Position numbers and translations under genes: made by a program
The notes under the pieces: generated by a model
The model's input: the letters and a program-made list of their open reading frames with translations, nothing else
What the model was told of the DNA's origin: nothing
Database searches by the model: none
Part shown: piece after piece, positions 39,439-49,329 of the stretch
Layout: each line of letters begins with the position of its first letter
Position numbering within the stretch: position 1 is the first letter of the stretch
Assembly: GCA_963696725.1 (NCBI GenBank)
Contig: CAVOLI010000007.1
Location: forward strand, 275,285 to 339,284
Direction: 5' to 3'
Source of the DNA: an uncultured delta proteobacterium
GTDB lineage: Bacteria; Desulfobacterota; Desulfobulbia; Desulfobulbales; Desulfocapsaceae
DNA: 64,000 nucleotides

Positions 39439-40743
39439 ATGAGCGGACTACAAAGCGCAGCACAAATTCCTGAACTGAGGAAACGGCTTCTTTTTACCAT
39501 TATCATGCTTGCCGTTTACCGCATGGGAGTGCAGGTGCCGACTCCGGGAATCAACGGAGAAGCCCTGACAGCCTTTTTTCAGCAGAATGCCGGTACTCTG
39601 TTCGGTATGTTCAATATGTTTTCAGGCGGTGCGCTCGAGAATTTCTCGATCTTTGCGCTCGGTATCATGCCGTATATCAGTGCATCGATTATCATGCAGC
39701 TGCTGACCGTCGTCATTCCACAGCTTGAAGCTCTCAAAAAAGAGGGGGAATCCGGGCAGCGCAAGATCACCCAGTACACCCGCTACGGAACAGTGGTGCT
39801 GAGTGTCATCCAGGGATCTTTTATCGCTGCCGGACTTGAGGGAATGACCGGGCCGTCGGGGGAGATGATTGTTCTTGATCCCGGCATCCAGTTCAAATTG
39901 ATGACGATGATAACCCTGACGTCGGGCACAGCTTTTATCATGTGGCTCGGCGAGCAGATGACGGAGCGCGGGGTCGGCAACGGCATCTCGCTCATTATCT
40001 TTGCCGGTATTGTGGCCCGCGGGCCATCGGCCCTGGTTAATTCGATCGAACTGGTCAAGGCTGGTGAGATCCAGATCTTTTTTGTTCCGTTCATTATCCT
40101 GATGATGCTTGGAATCATTGGCACTATCGTGTTCTTTGAAACAGCCCAGAGAAGGATTCCCATCCAGTATGCCAAACGGGTAGTCGGGCGGAGGGTTTAC
40201 GGGGGACAGAGTTCTCATCTGCCACTTAAAATTAATGTTTCCGGTGTCATACCGCCTATTTTTGCTTCGTCAATCATGATGTTTCCGGCAACCATCGGCA
40301 GCTTCATCCAGATAGACTGGGTTCAGCGCGTTTCAGCCGCAATGTCGCCCGGCACGGTCTATTATTATGTCTGTTTTGTCGGGATGATCGTTTTCTTCTG
40401 CTTTTTTTATGCCGCCGTACAGTTCAAGCCGGATGACGTTGCTGAAAATCTGAGAAAAAACGGCGGATTCATTCCTGGAATACGGCCTGGAAAGAAGACT
40501 GCCGATTTTATTGATAAGGCGCTGACACGGCTTACGGTCATAGGGGCGATCTATCTCAGTACGATATGCGTGCTGCCGACCATTTTGATTGCTAAACTGA
40601 GCCTGCCGTTTTATTTCGGCGGCACTGCACTGCTCATTATTGTCGGTGTTGCCATCGATACGATTTCCCAGATTGAATCTCACCTTGTGATGAGAAACTA
40701 TGAAGGTTTCATGAAACAGGGGAGAATCAAAGGCAGAAGGTAA
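39439..40743 (+). CDS. secY: preprotein translocase subunit SecY
   Basis: 434 aa, 10 TM segments, ELRKRLLFTI..LAVYRMG..VPTPGIN, FALGIMPYISASIIMQLL. Confidence 0.97.
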   Translation: MSGLQSAAQIPELRKRLLFTIIMLAVYRMGVQVPTPGINGEALTAFFQQNAGTLFGMFNMFSGGALENFSIFALGIMPYISASIIMQLLTVVIPQLEALKKEGESGQRKITQYTRYGTVVLSVIQGSFIAAGLEGMTGPSGEMIVLDPGIQFKLMTMITLTSGTAFIMWLGEQMTERGVGNGISLIIFAGIVARGPSALVNSIELVKAGEIQIFFVPFIILMMLGIIGTIVFFETAQRRIPIQYAKRVVGRRVYGGQSSHLPLKINVSGVIPPIFASSIMMFPATIGSFIQIDWVQRVSAAMSPGTVYYYVCFVGMIVFFCFFYAAVQFKPDDVAENLRKNGGFIPGIRPGKKTADFIDKALTRLTVIGAIYLSTICVLPTILIAKLSLPFYFGGTALLIIVGVAIDTISQIESHLVMRNYEGFMKQGRIKGRR

Positions 40744-41537
40744 TGGTGAGTGGTTCAGCGCATAACCTGCCAGCTAAATCAATCATGGTAAAAAGTCCCG
40801 ATGAGATCAAGATTATGCGGGAGGCAAACCAGATTGTTGCTGAGGTTCTCGTCATGCTCGAAAAAATCGTTGAACCGGGTATTTCAACATTTGAACTTGA
40901 TCGCCAGGCGGAGGAGTTGTGTCGAAAGAGAAAGGCTGTTCCGGCGTTCAAAGGATACCGCGGTTTTCCGGGAAGTCTCTGTGTTTCTGTAAACGAGGAA
41001 GTTGTTCATGGCATACCGTCGCGTAAACGGAAACTGAAAAAAGGTGATATCATCTCAGTTGATTTCGGTACATTTTTTAACGGTTATTATGGTGATTCTG
41101 CAATAACCATTGCGGTAGACAAGATTGACAGTGTTAAACTCCAATTGTTGAAGGTCACCCGGGAGTCGCTCGACCGCGCGATAGAACAGGTTGTGATCGG
41201 TAACCGGATTTCCGACATCTCCGGCGCCGTGGAGCAGTACGTTAAGTCAAACGGCTTTTCGGTCGTAAGACAGTTTGTCGGGCATGGTATCGGGACCTCC
41301 CTGCACGAGGGACCGGAAATACCCAATTTTGTTCAGGATGAGGCCTCACCGAGACTCATCGAAGGGATGGTGCTGGCCATCGAACCGATGGTTAATGCCG
41401 GCACGCATAAAGTGAAGGTCTTACGTGACGGCTGGACAGTGGTTACCAGTGACCGGCAGCCTTCGGCTCATTTTGAACATTCGGTGGCGGTAACGGTCGA
41501 AGGTCCCCTCATTCTCAGCTCCCGTGCAAATATTTGA
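40743..41537 (+). CDS. map: type I methionine aminopeptidase
   Basis: MAP metal ligands and motifs (HGIP, DFG..FNGYYGDSA, VGHGIG..LHE, LAIEPM). TAATG overlap with the secY stop and GAAGG upstream. An alternative internal start at ATG 40785 aligns better with the E. coli N-terminus. Confidence 0.9.
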   Translation: MVSGSAHNLPAKSIMVKSPDEIKIMREANQIVAEVLVMLEKIVEPGISTFELDRQAEELCRKRKAVPAFKGYRGFPGSLCVSVNEEVVHGIPSRKRKLKKGDIISVDFGTFFNGYYGDSAITIAVDKIDSVKLQLLKVTRESLDRAIEQVVIGNRISDISGAVEQYVKSNGFSVVRQFVGHGIGTSLHEGPEIPNFVQDEASPRLIEGMVLAIEPMVNAGTHKVKVLRDGWTVVTSDRQPSAHFEHSVAVTVEGPLILSSRANI

Positions 41538-41621
41538 GATGAAGAAAATAATACTTCTCTTTTCCAAACAGGTGTATTATAATTCTCCGTTTTTGGACAT
41601 TTACTGACTACCAGGTTCGCT

Positions 41622-41858
41622 ATGGCAAAGGAAGAAGCAATAGAAGTTGAGGGGACGATCATTGAGCCCCTGCCAAACGCTATGTTCAGGGTTGAACTGG
41701 ACAATGGCCATAAAGTGCTCGCTCACATCTCCGGGAAGATGAGAATGCATTTTATCAAAATCTTACCGGGTGATCGGGTTACGATTGAGCTTTCACCGTA
41801 TGACCTGACACGCGGCAGGGTGACGTTCAGGGCCAAAAACGCCAAAAAGAACAAATAG
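41622..41858 (+). CDS. infA: translation initiation factor IF-1
   Basis: [53 protein letters not shown]. Confidence 0.97.
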   Translation: MAKEEAIEVEGTIIEPLPNAMFRVELDNGHKVLAHISGKMRMHFIKILPGDRVTIELSPYDLTRGRVTFRAKNAKKNK

Positions 41859-41868
41859 AGGTTGCACC

Positions 41869-41982
41869 ATGAAAGTACGATCATCGGTAAAAAAAATGTG
41901 CAGTGACTGCAAGGTATACAAGCGCAATGGCGTTGTTCGTGTGTCCTGCAAGGTTAAAAAACATAAACAACGACAGGGATAG
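41869..41982 (+). CDS. rpmJ: 50S ribosomal protein L36
   Basis: Hand-translated 37-aa ORF, too short to appear in the supplied ORF track: [37 protein letters not shown]. Canonical infA-rpmJ-rpsM order. Confidence 0.92.
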   Translation: MKVRSSVKKMCSDCKVYKRNGVVRVSCKVKKHKQRQG

Positions 41983-42022
41983 CGGTTTTACAGCCGTCAA
42001 TTATTGTTAAAGGAGAAATACC

Positions 42023-42388
42023 TTGGCACGTATAGCAGGAGTTGACCTTCCTAAGAACAAGCATATGGATCGGGCGCTGACGTATATTCACGGCATCGGA
42101 CTGACATCTGCACGGAAGATTCTTGATTCAGTAGATCTTCCCTATACCATGAACAGTGATGACCTCAGCGGTGATGACGTAACTCGTATCCGCAAGGTCC
42201 TCGAGAGTGATTTCATTGTAGAGGGTGACCGTCGACGTGAAGTATCAATGGACATCAAACGATTGATGGACCTTGGTTGTTACCGCGGTCGACGCCATCG
42301 CATGGGGCTTCCATGCAGAGGACAGAAAACGAAAACCAACGCCAGGACAAGAAAAGGTCCGCGCCGCGGTGCCGCACGCCGAAAATAA
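42023..42388 (+). CDS. rpsM: 30S ribosomal protein S13
   Basis: TTG start 7 nt after AAGGAG. (M)[25 protein letters not shown]. Confidence 0.96.
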   Translation: MARIAGVDLPKNKHMDRALTYIHGIGLTSARKILDSVDLPYTMNSDDLSGDDVTRIRKVLESDFIVEGDRRREVSMDIKRLMDLGCYRGRRHRMGLPCRGQKTKTNARTRKGPRRGAARRK

Positions 42389-42407
42389 GGAACTATAAGG
42401 TAACGAT

Positions 42408-42806
42408 ATGGCAGCTGCAAAAAAGACCGAAACACGGTCTAAGAGGAAGGTTAAAAAGAATGTTCCGGAAGGTATCGTGTTTATTTATTCGACCTTCAAC
42501 AACACCATTGTCACCATTTCGGACAAGCAGGGGAATGTGGTCTCCTGGTGCAGTTCCGGTGTGCTCGGATTCAAGGGCTCACGGAAAAGCACTCCCTTTG
42601 CCGCACAGAATGCGGTAGCGGATGCTTCCAAGAAGGCCTCCGACCAGGGCATGAGAAAGGTCGAGGTCAGAGTGAAAGGTCCCGGTCCGGGAAGAGAAGC
42701 GGCACTGCGGGCACTTGTCAGCACCGGGTTGGAGGTAACACGTATCTACGATGTTACGCCGGTCCCCCATAACGGATGTAAACCTCCCAAGCGGCGTCGT
42801 GTATAA
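42408..42806 (+). CDS. rpsK: 30S ribosomal protein S11
   Basis: [42 protein letters not shown]. Confidence 0.97.
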   Translation: MAAAKKTETRSKRKVKKNVPEGIVFIYSTFNNTIVTISDKQGNVVSWCSSGVLGFKGSRKSTPFAAQNAVADASKKASDQGMRKVEVRVKGPGPGREAALRALVSTGLEVTRIYDVTPVPHNGCKPPKRRRV

Positions 42807-42858
42807 CGGCTGGAGTTTTCCTGCATAGGCACAGAAGTTTAATCAACGGAGGCTTAAG

Positions 42859-43488
42859 TTGGCTAGATATACAGATGCAGCGTGTCGTCGCTGTAGACGA
42901 GAAGGATTAAAAATGTTTCTCAAGGGTGATCGCTGCTATTCTGATAAGTGCGCTTTTGAGCGAAGAGCATTCGCGCCGGGCCAGCATGGTCAGGCACGAT
43001 TCAGAAAACAGTCGGATTACGCAGTACAGCTCAGAGAAAAGCAGAAGGTAAAGAGCATGTACGGAATGCTCGAGGGGCCATTTCGACAAAATTTTGTTCG
43101 GGCTGATCGCCAGAAAGGAGTTACCGGCGAGAATCTTCTCATACTGCTTGAAAGAAGGCTTGACAACGCGGTATTCAGGATGGGATTTGCTTCGTCGCGC
43201 AATCAGGCTCGTCAGCTGGTCAGACACAAGCATATTCTTGTTAACGGCAGAAAGGTCAATGTTCCTTCTTTCCTGGTGTCAGTCGGGGATGAGATTGTCG
43301 TCAAGGAAAAAAGCCGTGCCAATGCGCTGATCAACGAAAGCCTTGAAGCTGTCGAGCGGCGAGGAGTGCCAAGCTGGCTCGAGCTGAGCAAGGACAGCTA
43401 CAAAGCTAAGGTGAAAGCATTGCCGAACCGCGAGGAGCTGACTATGCCGATTCAGGAGCAGCTGATTGTAGAGCTTTACTCCAAGTAG
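42859..43488 (+). CDS. rpsD: 30S ribosomal protein S4
   Basis: TTG start after GGAGG. (M)[35 protein letters not shown] (Zn-type), S4 RNA-binding domain. Confidence 0.96.
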   Translation: MARYTDAACRRCRREGLKMFLKGDRCYSDKCAFERRAFAPGQHGQARFRKQSDYAVQLREKQKVKSMYGMLEGPFRQNFVRADRQKGVTGENLLILLERRLDNAVFRMGFASSRNQARQLVRHKHILVNGRKVNVPSFLVSVGDEIVVKEKSRANALINESLEAVERRGVPSWLELSKDSYKAKVKALPNREELTMPIQEQLIVELYSK

Positions 43489-43515
43489 CGACGGGCACGG
43501 ATCGTTTGTATGGTG

Positions 43516-43553
43516 ACCTGCTGACAGAGAATTCTCTCTGTCAGCAGGTTTTG
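43516..43553 (+). terminator. strong hairpin / possible internal terminator between rpsD and rpoA
   Basis: 15-bp perfect stem ACCTGCTGACAGAGA / TCTCTGTCAGCAGGT, loop ATTC, followed by TTTTG. It lies 28 nt after the rpsD stop. Confidence 0.5.
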
Positions 43554-43671
43554 ACCGTTTAGTTAATGTACCTTTAAAAAAGTCCTTTTTGTTCTCCGGA
43601 TAACGCGAATATCCACAGGAATTTTGCTTAAAGGTTTTCGCTTCTTAAAAAAATAACCAAAAAGGGATTAT

Positions 43672-44709
43672 ATGACTCAAGTTGCCGACGAAAACATACC
43701 TTTTTACCGGAACTGGCACGAGCTTATTAAGCCTGATAAACCAGAGGTTGACAAGGATAAGCATTCAAACGCTTACGCAAAGATCATCTGTCAGCCTCTG
43801 GAGAGGGGATTTGCCACTACCATTGGCAACTCACTCAGAAGAATTATGCTCTCGTCAATCCAGGGAGCGGCAATTACCACTGTAAAGATAGAGGGTGCGC
43901 TGCACGAATTCACGACACTCAAAGATGTGAAGGAAGATGTCAGTGAAATCATACTCAACATCAAGCAGATCAGGCTAAAGCTGAATAGTGAAGATTCACA
44001 GCGTATCGTCGTTGAGAAAAAAGGGCCATGTGATGTGACTGCAGGAGATATAACTCCTTCTGCGTATGTCGAGATAATGAACCCCGATCAGGTTATCTGC
44101 ACTTTGACCAGCAAAACCGAATTCAAAGCTGAAATGACCGTCGAGTGGGGAAAAGGATATCAGCCTGCCGAACGTCAGGAGAAGGAAGAACTGGCAATCG
44201 GGCAGATACCTGTCGACGCCATTTTCTCTCCGGTCAAGCGCATACAGTATATTGTCTCCCAGGCTCGTGTCGGACAGCAGACTGATTATGACAAGCTGAC
44301 CTTTGAGATTGAAACGGACGGCAGCGTGCGCCCGGAAGATGCGCTCGCCTTTGCCGGGAAGATTATGAAAGATCAGATGTCCATCTTCATAAATTTTGAT
44401 GAGGAAGACGCGGAACCGGAGAAAGAGGCGGAGGACGTGGAAAATGCAGAACCGCTTAATCCGTATCTTGACAAACCGGTCGAGGATCTTGAACTGTCTG
44501 TCCGCTCAGCCAATTGTTTAAAAAACGCCGAGATTTATTTTATCGGTGACCTTGCCCAGAGATCAGATCAGGAAATGTTGAAGACCAAAAACTTCGGCCG
44601 TAAATCTCTCAATGAGATCAAGGCCCTTCTGGCTGAAATGGATCTTACCCTGGGGATGAAATTTGAAGGCTGGATTCGTCCGGAAATACCTGAAAAAGTA
44701 AAAGAGTAA
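43672..44709 (+). CDS. rpoA: DNA-directed RNA polymerase alpha subunit
   Basis: 345 aa, PLERGFATTIGNSLRRIMLSSI.GAA.T..KIEG..HEF, C-terminal domain LELSVRSANCLKNA.I..IGDL. Confidence 0.97.
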   Translation: MTQVADENIPFYRNWHELIKPDKPEVDKDKHSNAYAKIICQPLERGFATTIGNSLRRIMLSSIQGAAITTVKIEGALHEFTTLKDVKEDVSEIILNIKQIRLKLNSEDSQRIVVEKKGPCDVTAGDITPSAYVEIMNPDQVICTLTSKTEFKAEMTVEWGKGYQPAERQEKEELAIGQIPVDAIFSPVKRIQYIVSQARVGQQTDYDKLTFEIETDGSVRPEDALAFAGKIMKDQMSIFINFDEEDAEPEKEAEDVENAEPLNPYLDKPVEDLELSVRSANCLKNAEIYFIGDLAQRSDQEMLKTKNFGRKSLNEIKALLAEMDLTLGMKFEGWIRPEIPEKVKE

Positions 44710-44799
44710 CGCACGGATCGATATATTCACTTTTGGAAATAGTTAACGTCAGCTACCAGGGTCTACGGTACTGCAAGGTTATCAGTTGAGGGAAGAACC

Positions 44800-45195
44800 A
44801 TGAGACACGGAAAATCCGGCAGAAAGCTCGGTCGAACAAGTTCACACAGAGAAGCGATGTTTAGAAATATGGTAACTTCTCTTTTCGAGCACGAACGAAT
44901 CGTCACGACAAAGCAAAGAGCAAAAGAACTGCGACCGATTGCCGAGAAGATGATCACCCTGGCCAAGCGTGGGGATTTGCATGCCCGCCGCCAGGCTTTG
45001 AGCTACATCAGAAGAAGTGATGTCGTTGCCAAGCTGTTTGATGAGATTCAGCAGCAGTTTGCTGATCGCAACGGCGGTTATACCAGAATTGTCAAGACCG
45101 GTATCCGCAGGGGCGATGCCGCAGAAATGGCAATCATCGAGCTGGTCGGGTATGAAGAAGATATGGGAGCGGACCCGGCGACTGACGAAAGCTGA
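44800..45195 (+). CDS. rplQ: 50S ribosomal protein L17
   Basis: [43 protein letters not shown]. Confidence 0.97.
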   Translation: MRHGKSGRKLGRTSSHREAMFRNMVTSLFEHERIVTTKQRAKELRPIAEKMITLAKRGDLHARRQALSYIRRSDVVAKLFDEIQQQFADRNGGYTRIVKTGIRRGDAAEMAIIELVGYEEDMGADPATDES

Positions 45196-45216
45196 TCCTG
45201 TTTTCCTGCACGTCTT

Positions 45217-45257
45217 AAAGCTGACCTGGATTTACCATCCTCGTCAGCTTTTTTTTT
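45217..45257 (+). terminator. Rho-independent terminator after rplQ
   Basis: AAAGCTGAC / GTCAGCTTT stem with an inner GGAT/ATCC extension, followed by TTTTTTTT. Confidence 0.65.
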
Positions 45258-45268
45258 CATGAATAGGG

Positions 45269-46045
45269 ATGGTCATGACCGTTGAAAGAACATTTCCTGC
45301 AGGAATGGAGCCTCTGGACGAAAAAGGATTTACCTTCCGTTGTCATCCCGGGGTGTCCTGTTTCACCGTCTGTTGCCAAAATGTTGATCTTGATCTTTAT
45401 CCGTACGATATCATTCGACTAAAGCAGGCTCTGCAGATAGATTCCGAAGCTTTTGTACGCACCTATGCCGAGATCAAACAGGGGGGGAACCCCTATTTCC
45501 CGACCATTCGGCTTCGCTTGAGCGATTTTGACAATGGAGCGAAGGCCTGCCCCTTTCTCAGGCAAAGCGGCTGCACTGTCTACAGAGACCGGCCGACTGC
45601 CTGCAGGACCTATCCGCTCGAGCGGGCGGTAGACAGGGATCAATCGAAGGGACGGCAGGATGATTTTTACTTTCTGACCAACCATGAGTATTGTCGAGGT
45701 CACCAGGAGGACCATCGATTCACCGTCAAGCAATGGGTGAGGAATCAGCGCCTTGACGAATACAACCTGATGAACGATTTATGGGCACCGGTCGACACTC
45801 TGTTTGCGTCAAATCCATGGAAAGGTGAGGGCGTCGGCGGAGAGAAGCAACAATTGGCATTTCTTGCCTGCTACAATATCGATGGATTCCGGCGGTTTTG
45901 CACCACCCATAACATCTTCGATCAGTACAGGCTGGGGCGTGATCTGAAGCGAAGAATCGCACGAGAAGATGCAGAGCTGCTCAAATTCGCTTTTGAATGG
46001 TTGAAAGCACTATTTGGCAGTGCGCATGCGTTGGTAAAAAAATAG
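45269..46045 (+). CDS. YkgJ-family (UPF0153) cysteine-cluster protein, putative Fe-S/zinc-binding
   Basis: N-terminal CHPGVSCFTVCC cluster plus CPFLRQSGCTVYRDRPTACRTYP, typical of the CxxCxxCC/YkgJ family. Function unknown. Confidence 0.7.
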   Translation: MVMTVERTFPAGMEPLDEKGFTFRCHPGVSCFTVCCQNVDLDLYPYDIIRLKQALQIDSEAFVRTYAEIKQGGNPYFPTIRLRLSDFDNGAKACPFLRQSGCTVYRDRPTACRTYPLERAVDRDQSKGRQDDFYFLTNHEYCRGHQEDHRFTVKQWVRNQRLDEYNLMNDLWAPVDTLFASNPWKGEGVGGEKQQLAFLACYNIDGFRRFCTTHNIFDQYRLGRDLKRRIAREDAELLKFAFEWLKALFGSAHALVKK

Positions 46046-46244
46046 TAATCAGCGGCTCAGGAGCAATCTGCAAGCTTGCAAAATATTGCCCTGCATGGTA
46101 ACAAGAGATGTTTTGCGCGTCATAGGGACGCAAATCTGAAACAACGAAAACACACATCTCCGCACACGCTGGTGTCAGGCTGAACCCGATACAAACGGCC
46201 TGATCACATGGGGATGGAGGAAAAACCAGGAACTGGAGGAAGTT

Positions 46245-47051
46245 ATGGCTAATGCTACGGTAAAAGAAATGTTGCAGGCCGGTCTGCATTTCGGACATCA
46301 GACCAGGCGGTGGAACCCGAAAATGAAGCCCTACATCTACGGGCCTCGCAATGGTATTTACATTATCAATCTCGATCTTACCAGGCGCATGTTTGACAAA
46401 GCCTGTGATTTCATAGCCCGGGAAATTGCCGACGGTGGTTCAATCCTTCTTGTCGGCACCAAGCGGCAGGCTCAGGCAATCATCCGAGAGGAGGCCAGGC
46501 GCTGCGGGATGTATTACGTTGATCATCGCTGGCTGGGCGGTATGCTGACCAATTTCCAGACGATCAAGACAAGTGTTGAAAGACTCAAATCCATCGAGTC
46601 AATGCAGGAAGACGGTTCCATCAACAGATTCCCCAAAAAGGAAATCCTGCTGATGGAAAAAGAGCGTATCAAGCTGGAGCGAAATGTCGGCGGCATCAAG
46701 GATATGCGCTCACTGCCGAGCGTTGTTTTCGTCGTCGATCCGAAAAAAGAGACCATTGCTGTCAGTGAAGCCCGCAAACTGCGGATTCCCGTTATTGCCA
46801 TTACCGACACAAACTGTGATCCGGATGGCATAGACTATCTGATTCCCGGCAATGATGATGCCATCAAATCCATCCGGCTGATCGCTCATTATATTGCCGA
46901 GGCGGTATTGAGGGGCCAGGCCGAACGGGATGGTGAGGATGCCTCTCAGGAAGCACTTGAGGCGGCCATGGCCGGAAGCGGTGAAGAACAGGGAGAGGCC
47001 GCGCACGAAGTGGCAGCAGAGCTTCCTGCCGAAGATAAGCCCGCAGAGTAG
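46245..47051 (+). CDS. rpsB: 30S ribosomal protein S2
   Basis: [33 protein letters not shown]; acidic C-terminal tail. Confidence 0.97.
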   Translation: MANATVKEMLQAGLHFGHQTRRWNPKMKPYIYGPRNGIYIINLDLTRRMFDKACDFIAREIADGGSILLVGTKRQAQAIIREEARRCGMYYVDHRWLGGMLTNFQTIKTSVERLKSIESMQEDGSINRFPKKEILLMEKERIKLERNVGGIKDMRSLPSVVFVVDPKKETIAVSEARKLRIPVIAITDTNCDPDGIDYLIPGNDDAIKSIRLIAHYIAEAVLRGQAERDGEDASQEALEAAMAGSGEEQGEAAHEVAAELPAEDKPAE

Positions 47052-47094
47052 AATTTTCAGCTAACACCCTGTTTTTAACGCGGTGTTTACGGTA

Positions 47095-47130
47095 GAAAAG
47101 GGGCAGTCCTCGGACAGCCCCTTTTCGCTA
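47095..47130 (+). terminator. attenuator-like hairpin between rpsB and tsf
   Basis: GAAAAGGGGC / GCCCCTTTTC 10-bp stem with an inner GTCC/GGAC extension. The T-run is part of, and follows, the 3' arm. Confidence 0.45.
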
Positions 47131-47274
47131 TTCAACCCCTCAATCCGTTTCACTGTTTTTCTCGGGTTGGGTCAAGATTGTGAAAATGGTTTTGAGAATC
47201 GTGTTCGAACTGTTTTCTAAAAAACCAGGATATACTGATAAACGTAACGATACGTTGTTTAATGGAGGCGTCGT

Positions 47275-47871
47275 ATGAAGATTACCAGCCAAATGGTCAA
47301 GGAATTGCGCGATAAGACAAGTGCAGGTATGATGGATTGCAAGAAAGCACTGAGTGAGACCGACGGAGACATGGAAAAGGCGGTCGATCTGTTGAGAAAA
47401 AAAGGGTTGGCTGTTGCTGCCAAACGCGCCGGTCGAGCTACCAGTGAAGGTGTTATTGAAACCTATATCCATGCAGGCGGTAAACTGGGCGTGATGGTCG
47501 AGCTGAACTGCGAGACGGATTTTGTCGCCAAGACAGACCTGTTCCGGGAGCTTGCCCGCGATCTTGGCATGCACATAGCTGCTTCAAGCCCGATTTCGGT
47601 TGACCGTGAGGGTGTTCCAGCCGATGTTCTTGCACGAGAAAAAGATATTTATGTGCAACAGGCTCTGGAATCAGGTAAACCAGAGAATATTGTGGAAAAA
47701 ATTGTTTCAGGCAAGATGGAAAAATTCCTCGCTGAAATTTGTCTGCTTGAACAGAGCTATGTCAAGAACCCCGATCTTTCAATCCAGGACCTGCTCACCG
47801 ATTGTATCGGTAAGATGGGAGAAAACATATCCGTCAGAAGATTTGCCCGTTTCCAGATCGGCGTAGAGTAG
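47275..47871 (+). CDS. tsf: elongation factor Ts (short, about 198-aa form)
   Basis: ITSQMVKELRDKTSAGMMDCKKAL.E..GDMEKA.D.LRKKG (UBA-like N-terminus) and core domain. rpsB-tsf order. Confidence 0.95.
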   Translation: MKITSQMVKELRDKTSAGMMDCKKALSETDGDMEKAVDLLRKKGLAVAAKRAGRATSEGVIETYIHAGGKLGVMVELNCETDFVAKTDLFRELARDLGMHIAASSPISVDREGVPADVLAREKDIYVQQALESGKPENIVEKIVSGKMEKFLAEICLLEQSYVKNPDLSIQDLLTDCIGKMGENISVRRFARFQIGVE

Positions 47872-47983
47872 TATCCTGCTTGTTCACAGGTCCGGCTGTC
47901 GCCTGATAGCCGGACCGAATGTTACCTGCTGATTCCGTGAGGTTTACGGCTGTGGGCTCACCTTGTTCTCCAGGAGCGTTTTT

Positions 47984-48697
47984 ATGCAAATCAAATTCCG
48001 GCGAATTTTGCTGAAACTGAGTGGGGAAGCTCTCATGGGCGAGGATGCATACGGTATTAACACCGGTGTGCTCAATTTTGTTGCCTCGGAAATAAAAGAG
48101 ATCATCGAGATGGGTGTTGAGCCAGGACTGGTGATCGGTGCCGGTAATATCTTCAGAGGAGTGGCCGGCGCCAGCAAGGGAATGGATCGAACGACTGCAG
48201 ACAACATGGGAATGCTGGCCACCGTGATGAACAGTCTCGCTCTCCAGGATGCTCTCGAGAGAAGCGGTGTCGATACCCGCGTCCAGTCAGCAATTCCAAT
48301 GCAATCGGTATGCGAACCCTATATCCGCAGAAGGGCGACCAGGCACCTGGAAAAAGGACGGGTTGTCATTTTTGCAGCCGGTACGGGCAATCCCTATTTT
48401 ACCACCGATTCCGCAGGTGTCCTAAGGGCCCTTGAAATCGATGCGGACGTGATTATCAAAGCCACGAAAGTTGATGGTGTTTATGATAAAGACCCGGTAA
48501 AATTCTCTGATGCCCGGAAATATGATCAGCTGACTTACGATCAGGTCCTCACCGAAGGGCTTCGTGTCATGGATGCTGCAGGAATTGCCCTTGCCAAAGA
48601 AGATAACAAACCTATCATGGTCATGAATATGACGGTACCGGGAAACATAAAAAAAGCTGTTCTGGGCGAACCGGTTGGAACGCTCATTACTTCTTGA
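47984..48697 (+). CDS. pyrH: UMP kinase
   Basis: [13 protein letters not shown]...GIN...; [10 protein letters not shown]; [12 protein letters not shown]; [15 protein letters not shown] 47984 lies 7 nt after AGGAG. Confidence 0.95.
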   Translation: MQIKFRRILLKLSGEALMGEDAYGINTGVLNFVASEIKEIIEMGVEPGLVIGAGNIFRGVAGASKGMDRTTADNMGMLATVMNSLALQDALERSGVDTRVQSAIPMQSVCEPYIRRRATRHLEKGRVVIFAAGTGNPYFTTDSAGVLRALEIDADVIIKATKVDGVYDKDPVKFSDARKYDQLTYDQVLTEGLRVMDAAGIALAKEDNKPIMVMNMTVPGNIKKAVLGEPVGTLITS

Positions 48698-48737
48698 TAT
48701 GCGGAATAACCGTAAGACATAAAGACAGGTGACAAGA

Positions 48738-49292
48738 ATGAGCGAAATAATTTTTGAGATGTCTGATAGGATGGAAAAGAGCGTGGAATCATTCAAAGTC
48801 GAGCTTTCCAAAGTACGTACGGGCAGGGCCTCTCTTGCACTGCTTGATGGTATCATGGTCGATGCCTACGGGAGCAGCATGCCGCTTAACCAGGTCGGCA
48901 CACTGACGATTCCCGAGAGCAGGATGATTGCCATTCAACCATGGGACCCCCAGGTACTGTCGGCGATTGAAAAAGCAATCCTCAAATCCGATGTCGGTCT
49001 GACCCCCGTCAATGACGGAAAGATTATTCGATTGAATATCCCGCAGCTCACCGAAGAGCGGAGAATCGAGCTGGTGAAGAAGGTCAAGAAGATTGCCGAA
49101 GAATTCAGGGTGGCCATCAGAAACGTTCGTCGTGATGCCATAGATTCGCTGAAGAAGCAGAAGAAGGATAAAGAAATATCCGAGGACGAACTGTTCAAGC
49201 TCCAGGATGAGGCTCAGGCTGAAACTGACACATATGTCGCTCAGATTGATGAAATCACCGCGTCCAAGGAAAAAGAGGTTATGGAGGTATAG
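48738..49292 (+). CDS. frr: ribosome recycling factor
   Basis: MEKSVESFKVELSKVRTGRASLALLDGI.V..YGS..PLNQV; LNIPQLTEERR.ELVK. ATG 48738 preferred over GTG 48729. Confidence 0.95.
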   Translation: MSEIIFEMSDRMEKSVESFKVELSKVRTGRASLALLDGIMVDAYGSSMPLNQVGTLTIPESRMIAIQPWDPQVLSAIEKAILKSDVGLTPVNDGKIIRLNIPQLTEERRIELVKKVKKIAEEFRVAIRNVRRDAIDSLKKQKKDKEISEDELFKLQDEAQAETDTYVAQIDEITASKEKEVMEV

Positions 49293-49329
49293 CCATCATT
49301 GGTACCCTCAGCCTCCTTGAGACCTTTTC

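Noticed and set aside
40700-40800. Missing adk between secY and map, and a 14-residue N-terminal extension on MAP.
   Set aside because: The location of adk varies among bacteria. The extension depends only on start choice (TAATG-coupled 40743 vs internal ATG 40785). Neither is anomalous enough to report.
47275-47871. EF-Ts of only 198 aa, considered as a possible truncation.
   Set aside because: The ORF is intact with a normal N-terminal UBA-like domain and core. Short (about 200-aa) EF-Ts forms are normal in several bacterial lineages, including Thermus.
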